Source of the DNA: Nemertoderma westbladi
Taxonomy: Eukaryota; Animalia; Xenacoelomorpha
Length of the DNA: 64,000 nucleotides
Reading direction: 5' to 3'
Assembly: GCA_032718475.1 (NCBI GenBank)
Contig: JAUCBJ010007250.1
Span: 1 to 64,000 of the forward strand
Below, piece by piece: positions 1-10,114 of this stretch. Position numbers and translations under genes: made by a program. Within the stretch, counting starts at the first letter, position 1, and each line of letters opens with the position of its first letter. The notes beneath the pieces were generated by a model. The model ran no database searches. It was not told the DNA's origin and was given only the letters and a program-made list of their open reading frames with translations.

Positions 1-1198
1 TACCTAAGTCTGTGCTAGTTAGCTGTCTTTTAACAGCTGGGGGCAAATCAGGCAATTTGCGACGGTAATATGTTTTTCTACGCCTACTTAGATGAGATCT
101 ATTTCCTCCGCCTTCAGGATCGGTAGTATCGCCTTCCTCCGAGGATGTGTATCCCTGGCGCTTGGGAGTAGATTTTCTCATCATCTGCATTTGATTAGCA
201 GTAAACTGTTTATTTATACTGTCTTGTGTCTCTTGCAGATTTTCCAACTCCAGTTGGGTAGTCTGCTCAGATGCTCTCCTTTCTGCTTCTGCCACTGCCT
301 TTGCTGCTTTTCTTTCTGCTTCTGCATCTGCCGCCGCTGCCTTTCTTTCTGCTTCTGCATCTGCCGCAGCCGCCGCCTTTGCTGCTTTTCTTTCTGCTTC
401 TGCATCTGCCGCCGCTGCCGTTGCTGCTAATCTTTCTGCTTCTACTTCTGCCGCCGCTGCCTTCTCTGCTTCTGCATCTGCCATAGCCGCCGCCTTTTGT
501 TCCTCTATTCTTTTTTTCTTTATTTGTTCTTCTTGGACTCTAACGAGGCGGAGTTTTTCATCACATTTAGCTTGTTCTGCAGCTAACATTTCCGCATCGA
601 TTGCGTCCAACACAAGCTTGGTTCCTTCACTATTAGGGCGAAGTCCAGACAGTCGTCTCCTCAACTCTTCGTCTCCTATGAATCGCTGATAGTCTGACAG
701 ATATATGTCAATGGCGTCTCTAGTTCGCGGCTTCTCTGCTGCTGTTAATTCGCTTTCCACTTCGCTTTCCACCTCGCTTTCCACTTGAGAAGAAGTGGCG
801 TCGGTTGATTCTTCATAGGTTGGCCGCTCATCATAAACCATATCCGCCATCTTCGCTCCGCGTTCGGGCGTCCGCTCCACAGTATCCGAACTACTGGAGC
901 TATCGGGCCGCTGAGAACTAGGTTCTTGGCTAGGAGGTTGCTGCTGTTTTATAGCTTCTTCTTGATCCCGCTTGACTTGGGCCCGAGTGCCTATGGCAGA
1001 CCAACGGCGCTTCACTAACTTCGCAAAATGCGAAATCGCTTCTACCAACCTAGGTTCTGATACAACCACTGCAGGGGTTGCCCTTCTTACAGTATGAGGG
1101 GTTTCAGACCTCGGTCTGGGATTCTCTACACTTTGATCTGAGAAACAGTCTGTTGTTTCTAGGAGACTATCTGACAGAGTTTGCCTTGTGTCAGCCAT
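1..1198 (-). pseudogene. gag: Decayed gag N-terminus of element C with AEAERKAAAA-type coiled-coil repeats
   Basis: Homologous to 37430-39339 of B, including DAIDIYLSDYQRFIGD. No long ORF survives, and there is an internal deletion relative to B. Confidence 0.8.
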
Positions 1199-2544
1199 GT
1201 TTGTTTACACAGTTGAATGCCTACGGCTACAAATACAGTCAAAGTAAGTCTAGTAATTCAGTATCACCGTTAGCCTAATAATTAATTGCCGATACTGCTG
1301 CTCAGTGTAGCGTGATATATATATAATATATTAGAATACCGGTATGCTTATAATATATATATAAGTATGATTACAGACTAGATTTGTCACAGAGTACCGG
1401 TATATAAATTTAGCACAAATATATATAAATATATAATAGGCCTATCGTGAATACCGGTATACAGCTGACACTTATAGTATATATAAGTATAATTATTACA
1501 GACTAGAATTAATTACAGAATACCGGTATGATTTCAGCTTAAATTTATAGAATAAATATAATAAGCCTATTGTAAATACCGGTATGTCAATTATTTTAGA
1601 ATAATTGAATTTCTGAATATTTTAGGGTTACTTGGTTACTTTAACTTACTCTGTTACCGTTATTTAAGCAGTAGTCCAACTGATTTTGAGACCTAGTTGT
1701 TGTATGACAGGCCTACTATTTATAAATCGTTTGATTTGATTTATAATATTTATATACCCGTTTATATGGGTTTTTGTCAATATTTGAAATAAATGTTATT
1801 ATTTCTGGGGGAGTCACTACACAGAAGCTGAACGCCTCTCAGTGAAGTGCTATTTATTTGACACTAAAACTGATAATTCTAATTTACCTAAGTTACTTAA
1901 TTACTACAAATTACTTACGATACGGGTGAGATTAATTCTCTAGTTAAACACAACAAAATATTACGTACGAAATTTTTAGGGTAATTTTACAGGAAGTCTA
2001 CAAACCAGTCCAACAAAGGGTTAGATTTCTGGTTATTACAAAGGACAGGGTACTACGGTATTTAAATAATAAGTAGTAGTAAATATATTGTACTGTCCAG
2101 ATAGGAAAATACCACCGCCTGACGACCTATAACCGTATCGCTATAGGTACTACGTTATGTATCACGGATTGTTCCTACCCAGAAGCTAATAGAGCTAACG
2201 AATGTGCCTATCAACCACTTTACAACACAAATATACTGCCTACACTAATTACTTCGGAAAGCACTGTACACTAAACCCTAAATTAGGTACAAGTACCGGT
2301 ATAACAAATAATCAGTAGTTAAATATACTTGAACAGTTAAAAGAACCACGGCATCTGCTGGAGTGACCGAAGCACAAAGTCGTCAGTCTTTACCTACGCC
2401 AAGCAGCCCTGATGTAGTACCGGGGTTAGTTTAACTATAACGGTATGTATAACAAGCACAATTACTGTAGGAATAAACTTGGGGACATGAATGTTGCGAA
2501 TAATCGCATAAACTCTGAATAATAAATATTACGCTACCCGTACA

Positions 2545-3085
2545 GAATACTCAAACAAATACAAACCAAACGCTGGCAGACTACTATTAAGCCTAAACAA
2601 ACTACAGTATGTGCAGATTCTGAAACTGTTAGTTAGTATGCGTTCTAACACGGTAGTACGACTTACTCTTTAAGAGGGGATTGACCTTACCGCTTATGGC
2701 TGCCCCAACTTACTAACGGCACTTGATCAGACCAACTCTACACACGCAGCAATCCCTTCAGACCTAAAAATAGCTAGACAACAATCCAGCCTACAAATAT
2801 TTAAGTAATAACTATTACGGTACCTGAACAGACCACACAAACAAACTCAGGCTAAAACACTGGCAGACTACGATCAAGCCTAGATAAACTACAGTATATG
2901 CAGACTCTGAAACTGTTAGTTAGTATGCGTTCTAACACGGTAGTACGACTTATTCTTTAAGAGGGGATTGACCTTACCGCATATGGCTGCCCCAACTTAC
3001 TAACGGCACTTTATCAGACAAACTCTACACACGCCGTAATCTCTCCAAACTCAACAACAGTCAGACAGCAGCTCAGCCTACAATT
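2545..3085. repeat. ~300-bp tandem duplication in the leader of element C
   Basis: CTGAAACTGTTAGTTAGTATGCGTTCTAACACGGTAGTACGAC occurs at ~2620 and ~2907. B has a single copy (~40690-40960). Confidence 0.8.
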
Positions 3086-3363
3086 ATCTGAACAATCTGA
3101 GCAGGGTCACACGCCTTCTGCTCAATATTAGCCTACTAGAAAATAAAACCGACAGAAATAGGTAAAATCTCAATAAAAATTCAGGGCTGCAGTCCCTGAT
3201 TAAGTACTAAGACCTACCAGTATACAATAATCAAATCGAATAATACTAAATGTACTTGTACAGCAGTACCGGTACCGGTTATGACAGTTAGGCCTACTGA
3301 CCTACAGAAGTACCGGTTCTTTGCAACCCTATTGCCTACTGCAATAAGATTATAAACTGTTAC

Positions 3364-4512
3364 TGTTCGCGCTTTTGAAGACCTTTAGCAGTTTAACCCG
3401 CCAAAATTTATATGTCTTTTAGTTAATTAAAACACCTTTAGCATACGACAATATTTTATGCTAATACGCAAAACATTAGCCGAAGGCAGCCCATGCGCGA
3501 TCATTCACCCGATGGATCTACACCCGGGAGGCTGAATTCGGATGCTTAAATTTTATTATTGCAGTGTAAGGTTGCAGTGTAAACTTACTGTATTATTCGA
3601 TAGATCGTTAATGATTAATTTCTGACAGATATTATTGGCTTTCGGGAAATATTAACAGTTCCTTTAGGACGTGGCGCTCTATCTATTTAAACAGAACTAG
3701 GACTTATACTAAACGCAACGATACTGCTTATGATTAAAGTATAAAGCGTATTCTTTAGGAAATACTTTGTTACCAATCACAATCATACACACTATTCTGC
3801 CGACCGTCAGTATATTTGATCACACATAAAGAGAGCAGTAATTGACTCATGTAGTGTCTGCTAAATAACATTAGATTCAATACACACCACATTAATATAA
3901 ATCGCAATTGTTATGTATAGCCGGTCTCTCTAACCTGTAGTGTATCAAGAAAATTGGGAATTTGGGTGATTTATCCGTATTATCCAAAGAGCAATATTTC
4001 CATCAACAAATAGGTACAATTAATAACTGACGGTAAATAACAGTACAAACAATATGATTAATGCAGTTAAATTAAGTGAGATAGTGAGTTCGTTCGATTA
4101 GTGAGATTAGTTTGGTAACAGTTTATACTTTCGATAATTTAAGCAGTTTTACTAGAGTTTCTAGAGCCGGTGTTTCTGGCTTAGACAGCAATAACAACAA
4201 AGTATCAAGTAAAAACAGTAAGACTGAACACTCTCCTTATGATCGGCCGAAAAGCTACACGTCGACAGGAAAAATCGCTCTGATTGGCTCAAGCCAAACA
4301 AAGAACCATGCGTCCAATGGCTGTTTCCATGTCAGCAACCAGCTGTTAGATGTCGTAATATGAATCATCACGGCTAAGCTGTGAAAGGTAGTTGGTGCAT
4401 TGCAGGTTTTTTGCCTTACCATGTCCGCCAAAACACGTATATAGCAGAATGACTTTTATGTCCGTTAAAACACCTGTAACGGTACCTTGCGGGCGAGGGG
4501 AATATATATACA
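3364..4512 (-). repeat. 5' LTR of element C
   Basis: Clear similarity to the B LTR (for example AAATATTAACAGTTCCTTTAGGACGTGGCGCT). TG...CA termini on the minus strand. Outer end approximate. Confidence 0.75.
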
Positions 4513-5218
4513 GTTAGAGAACCTTTTTAGAGTATTCCAGCGCCTGGGGGGAAACTGGATTGCGAAGCAAAAGGGGCCAGTTATATCCCACAGAAGCTTT
4601 TACAAAGTGCGTTTGCTAGAGTAGTGGAGGTCATGTCAGATATTGAATGTAGAGGAGGTAAGAGTCTTGGTAGAATTTTCTGCATTGCTACAATATCTAA
4701 AAGTTCGTGAGGGAAACTAGGCCGTTTGCTATGGTTACAAGGCTCATTGTTAATGTCTATTGCGCCGGATAACATCGTTAGGAGACTTACATCAATTTTG
4801 TATGAGATAGACAATGGGTTATGATCTGATATAGGTGGTTGATTTTGCAAGATATTAAGTTTCAGTTTGTCCAAGTCAGTATTGGAATTGCAAAGGCACC
4901 AATCCAGTTGTATCTGCAGAGACCCTCTCCAAAAGGTAATACCTCCATCGTTAGTAATATTCTTATGAACTAAGTGATTAATAGGTATCAGACTCATTTC
5001 CTTGATTATGTTGAGCAATGATTGGTTGAGCTTGATTATGTTTGTGTTTATTTTTTTATCTGGGTTTTGCGTAAATTTATAGGATGGACACACATCATTC
5101 AAATTTCCAAGTCTCGAGTTTAGGTCTCCTGTAATTATGATGGGAAGGTTGTTGTAACTTTTCAAAATAAGCTGGCCGGTGAGGGAAGCAAAGTAGTGTT
5201 CTGTAAAGTACGGGGAGT
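4513..5218 (-). pseudogene. LINE APE-endonuclease fragment (host of element B)
   Basis: ORF 4581-5165 has the APE motifs IITGDLNSR, QLDWCL and ISDHNPL. It continues across the B insertion at 42064-42170 (YIPP-YDSPYF-like, one frameshift) and probably at 44163-44357 (SWNING, IIFLRETH). Confidence 0.8.
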
Positions 5219-5223
5219 CATAT

Positions 5224-6327
5224 TGTTCGCGCTTTTAGACCTTTAGCAGTTTAACCTGCCAATTTTAGTTGTCTTCTTGTTTATAAATCGACTTTAGCCT
5301 AGACCAATTATTTAATGTACTGAAGTTACATCCGCCGAAGCCAGTCTGTGCGCGATCATTCACCCACAGTTAAGGGAGACTGGATTCGGGTGCTTTGAAG
5401 TTATTGCGGTGCAGACCTACTGTATTATTCGATTGATAGTTACTATATAATCTCTGACAAATATATTTACTTTCGGGGAAATATTAACAGTTCCTTTAGG
5501 ACGTGGCGCTTTAAGTATAAAAACAGAGTTATGACTTATACTAATCACAACTAGATGGCTACTGAGTTTCGTAAATAGCGCATTCTTTAGGAGATGCTTT
5601 ATTATCTGTCACACTACTTCACACGACTTCACACTACTGCACACTGATCTGCCGACCGTCACTGAATTTGATCATATATAAGGAAGATCGCAACTGACAC
5701 TTGTAGGGATTATGAAATAGCATTTAATTCACACAAAAACCACTATAATTTAAGTCGCAGTTGCTACCGGTAACCTGTTCCTCTCACCTTCAGTAATCAA
5801 GAAGATTGGGGGTTTTATGATTATTCATCGGTATTCTCCAAATATATCAGCAATATATATCCATATAACAACAATTAATAACAGAAGCAAATAATGCGGT
5901 GAACAATCAGTATGTGTTACGTAATGCATTGAGTTGTGTTATTCAGTATGTATGCAGGATAATAGATTTACGTTCTTGTAATCAAAGCCATCAGATGTTT
6001 AGGCCAAAGTCTGAAACTTCCAAAACAGAAGCACAGAAGAATTCTAAGCCGGTTATCTGGCTCAGAAAGGTAAACAAAGACCGTAATGCATTGCGCAGTT
6101 TTCCATAGGCCCCTGTTCAACATAAAATGAAAATCGCTCTGATTGGCTGAGCAGAACAAAGAGGTTCCACGTCTACAGGAAATCAGCTGACAGATTTCGT
6201 CATCTGAGCTCAAATCTTTTAGAGTATTATGCGCATTGCGGCAAAAATGACTTGTTATGTCCGCTAAAGCACCTACACTGTGCATTGCGGGGAAAAATGA
6301 CTTGTTATGTCCGCAAAAGCTTTTACA
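5224..6327 (-). repeat. 3' LTR of element B (1104 bp)
   Basis: Direct repeat of 41229-42058 with about 9 substitutions counted by eye. 6021-6296 is absent from the other LTR. Confidence 0.92.
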
Positions 6328-6405
6328 CCGCTCCCAGAAAATGGGATTTAATTCTATAAAATATAAAAAATCACAGTTTCTAAAATATAAAAATACTCTA
6401 AACAG

Positions 6406-7385
6406 TTAGTCCTTCTTACGTGAACGGCGTTTACGAAGTTTTTTGAGGCTAGCAAGAGTCCTTTTCTCTTTGGGGTGAGCTACTTTACTAGGAGGGCTAT
6501 AACTCTTGGGTGAGGGGTGCAATACAATTGCATCGGAAGGTTTAGGGTTACAGTCGGTGTATCCGCCGGTCGAGGTACCCGGTTGATCGATATCAACCTC
6601 AGTGGAACGAGGTCGAACAACCTTCAGAGCGCGTTTCAAGACAGCAGCTCTTACTGGTCCCTGACGAGTCGTCTGCACGAGAGCGGTAGGCGGACCGTGA
6701 GTAGTGCAAAATTTCCTCGGTTTGATGGTTCTTTCTAACTCGCATTCTCGGGCTCTATATTCATAGGGTCGTCTATGAACTTCCTGTAGTTCTGGATGTG
6801 AGTTGATGAACAAGTCACCATATTCTGGATTTTGACGGATGAAGTTGATCAAGTTATAGGAATTAAGGTCATTAGGATTGATGTTCCTGAGATACTTGCG
6901 AACAAATTTGGTCGAAATATTCTCGCCAATGCGTTTCATTAGCTCGTAGCTCCGTGTACGAGATTTTTGCTCAACCGAAGCAAAGAGATACGGGTGAAAT
7001 GCATAAACTCCTTCATAGGCACGTCCAGGGTAGTATCGATGACGTGACTCGCAGTGGAGATCCGCGTTATCTTCCCAGGCTCGAATGTAGCGCAGGGCAA
7101 CCATTTCATCTACACTTTCCAGATCTCGGTTGAAAGGGCAATCAAAACTTGCGTGTCCTTTAAACTGGCAATGATGGCATTGAGTCATAAATTGAGGGCA
7201 GACTGCGAAGATGTGTAAGTTATTGAGTCTACAATACGCACAATAGATCTCCATTGTAGGTTGGTCTTGGAAGTAGGAGCAGGGTACGTTGGAGTCCACC
7301 GGGGTGAAGTGGTCTCGAGATGCGCATAATCGGCAACGTTTCCTAGAAACATAATTGGCATGCCGATAATCGTATGCAGTGAGAC
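6406..7385 (-). pseudogene. C-terminal part of element B ORF2 (zinc knuckles), split off by insertion of A
   Basis: Removing A and one TSD restores one frame: WYQGPQCL|TAYDYRHANYVSRKRCRLCASRDH. CAYC..H..C and CHHCQFKGHASFDC align with the A ORF2 knuckles, and WEDNADLH aligns with WEDLADEH. Confidence 0.88.
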
Positions 7386-7511
7386 TATAGAATTATATTC
7401 CCTAAATGCCGTGGATTTTCAAAATTTTATTTTATTCGAATTAACTTTGTAAAGATTGCTTTGAGTTCTCATTAGTATTGGTTCTATCTATTATGCATCT
7501 ATCGGTCAAGT

Positions 7512-7598
7512 GGTTCAGTAGCTCAGTCGGTAGAGCGTTGGAAATTATATGTGTAGTAGGTATCGAGTTCGAATCCTAATAAGTGCGAATTATTTTTT
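7512..7598 (+). promoter_or_regulatory. tRNA-derived Pol III module in LTR A (second copy 24539-24625)
   Basis: A-box/D-arm TAGCTCAGTCGGTAGAGC (7519-7536), B-box GAGTTCGAATCC (7565-7576) and T6 run (7593-7598). Anticodon, T and acceptor stems do not pair. Confidence 0.7.
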
Positions 7599-7655
7599 GT
7601 GCAGAATTTCAACTCATTTAAATTAACCGCTACAAATTAATTGCATTTGTCTGTA

Positions 7656-7920
7656 CCAATGAGACCGTAGTTATTTGATTGTAACCAATGTCGTGCAAGT
7701 TATATATTAGCTGGACCAATAGCTATCTTTAAAACCTTGTTAGAATCTATAGAACAATCGAGAATTTTCTCGATTGATTGCGGCACAAATTTAGTATATA
7801 AAGGTGCGATTTCGTTCATTAGTATACTTACACAAACTAATTCAATCCATCATTCACTTTCTGTCTTATTTCAGATTACATTGTTTATTGTATAATAGTT
7901 ATTATATCTTTTGTAATAAA
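7656..7920 (+). promoter_or_regulatory. Candidate Pol II promoter and polyadenylation signal of LTR A
   Basis: CCAAT at 7656, 7685 and 7716 (about 30-nt spacing), inverted repeat CAATCGAGAATTTTCTCGATTG at 7755-7776, TATATAAA at 7795-7802, AATAAA at 7915-7920. Confidence 0.6.
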
Positions 7921-9306
7921 AGTCAGAAATACTAGTCACATCTCAGCCCTTTTCTATCTGTTTTACTATGGTTTCACTACGGTGAACAAACTCAGGGACA
8001 GGATGGCCGGCTAGAGATCGGGCCGCAGCAATGAACGGGAACATCACGGGAATGTAGACGAGAGACAACCCGCAATACCATCTTAGAGTTATTCGCCCAT
8101 CGCCTGAAAGGTTAGACAGCGTTCGATCCTTGCTACCTAAGTGTAAGACCAAAAGATCAAAGGTAGACGTAGTGACGCGCTGTAAGCCCAAAATTACATC
8201 ATAAGGACTGTACTGTCTTGATTCAGGAAAACCCACAGTAGACCTTCACATTCCTACGGGGGGAGGGAGAGAGAGCAGATACTAGTATGCAGATAGGACG
8301 TAGGCACACCGGTACAAGGCATACACATTGGTTAGGGTGCAGCAAACTGTACGCTTAACTCTTGCTAAGTACAGGTGTGTGTGCGACTATTTGCCGTACA
8401 ACAGTGTCCATTACATCAGAACTTGTAGGCTAGGGGGTTGCTGTGTTTTCACCTGAATTGGGATTGTACCGTTCAGGCGGTAGGGCAGTTTACGCTAGGC
8501 GCAAATAAATTGAGGCTATCAGGGATATACTAACATCTACCGTGTCCCCGCCAACGCCCTAATAGGAAGTTACCCGGACTACCTGGGTGACTAAAATTCT
8601 AGATAGGAGCCAGGATAGCTATTAGTACCCGTACGCCTACAGTAGTAAACTAACACATCTCTTCTTTGTATCAGGGACCTGGTACCTAAAATTGCCGAAT
8701 TCTGGGCGTAGTATTAACCTTATGCCTGAATTTGAGTCCTGGAAATACGCAAGAGGGGAAGGAACCTTATCATTCGTGAGTATTGGACCTACAAGTTATA
8801 AAATTAGAATATTCGTAAAATGCACACCGTACCCAGTAATTATATATGTGAAGGAGCAAAACTGTTTTTTGACCGTTCAGAATTAACACACGCGCGTTAG
8901 AAATTATTTACACCTCGAAATATATAAAATTAACTTAGTCCGTACTGTGCTTTGCCCGCTAGTTAGACATCTCCAAATCTGCTCTATACCTAGCTAGCGT
9001 CCCTTTGCCCAACCATATAAATCACACCGCGGCAAAGTATACGAGCCTCTTAGTCCGTCAGTGAGTCAGCCTGATTTTAGGATTCGCTGCGCGGGATTTT
9101 GTTTTATCGAAGTTTGTCTGCTCGTAGACTGTTTTCTGCCTCACCGGTTATAAGAGATCGATACTGCAATATATTCGCTTACTTTGGGTTTACTGTTTTG
9201 GTGAGAAGGTCGGATTTATGATTTGATTTACAAACTTTACAGTAGGATATTGCAGGTATTGTTACCGTCTCTTCCGATAGTAGGAATAGGCGTATCTCTT
9301 CAATTA

Positions 9307-9317
9307 GTAGGAATGTG
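9307..9317 (+). promoter_or_regulatory. Non-tRNA primer-binding position of A, complementary to LTR 8247-8257
   Basis: GTAGGAATGTG directly follows the LTR. Its reverse complement CACATTCCTAC lies at 8247-8257 and 25274-25284. No TGG. Confidence 0.75.
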
Positions 9318-10114
9318 TTTTACTGAACTACGGTTCGGTAGGACTAAAGTTATTTGAAAATTTTGTATTTTGAGGTAAAAATTTGTATTTGATTAGCTAA
9401 GTGCTAATTTTTTGAAATAAAATTTGATTTGAACCGCGTGTGAAGTATTTTGGAATTGAATACCGGTGTTTAAAAGGGTTTAAATACCATATTGTACCGG
9501 TACAAAATTTTCGTAAAGTAAAACCTAACTCTTTTGTTTTTTCAGGATTCAGAACTCATTTCTAGGCTGTAACGGGAGCAAGACCGTGTTTAGCAAGTTT
9601 GGGAGATAGATAACTCAACAACTTTGGTTGGGAAAATCGCGTTTCGTCCGCAACGTTAAAAACGGAAAGGTTCACGTTCGGTTTGTATCTGGGAATCTGT
9701 TTTTCTGGAGAATTATTGGAGTGGGTGAGTTCGAAAAGTTGCATAAATAAGTTAGGCATTACCGTATTAGTTAAAATTATTGTGGGTTCCACTGTCTCAA
9801 GTATTTATGCATTCCATATGATTTCTTTGTTCATTGCTGAATTAGTCCGTATTATTGTATTTAATTTACCCTTCGATAACGCATATCGTTATCCGATTTA
9901 TTTGTTATAAAATTGGCCGCTAGGCTAATTTTATTATATACTTATTCCGTGACATTTATTTGCTGTAAAATTGGCCGTTTAGGCTAATTTTATCCATCTG
10001 CTATAAGATCGGCCGGTAGGCTAATTTTATAAGACTGTAATTAGTACCGTTTAGATAAAAATACAGTAAACTCGATACTTTGACACTCACTTCACTTGAC
10101 TTACAACTACTGAA

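Larger units (their letters stand above)
1..4512 (-). mobile_element. BEL/Pao LTR retrotransposon C, 5' part (5' LTR, leader, decayed gag start); runs off the window
   Basis: Colinear homology to element B: gag start MADTRQTLSDSLLE at 1198 vs MADTKQTLSDSLLE at 39339, leader 1200-3360 vs 39340-41228, LTR inner end TGTTCGCGCTTTT at 3364 vs 41229. Outer LTR end near 4512 is inferred from a TG terminus. Confidence 0.85.
7386..9306 (+). repeat. 5' LTR of element A
   Basis: Direct repeat of 24413-26333, termini TATAG...AATTA. Confidence 0.96.

Noticed and set aside
7512-7586. Functional tRNA gene in the LTR
   Set aside because: Only the D-arm pairs. There is no anticodon, T or acceptor stem, and its 3' end is not complementary to the PBS.
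7990-8280. Self-cleaving ribozyme upstream of the putative primer segment
   Set aside because: The region is GC-richer and plausibly structured, but I could not find hammerhead, HDV or twister cores by eye. An Infernal/Rfam scan is needed.
7943-8886. Small LTR ORFs (97 aa and 64 aa, duplicated at 24970 and 25719)
   Set aside because: Non-ATG starts and no recognisable motifs. They are duplicated only because the LTR is.
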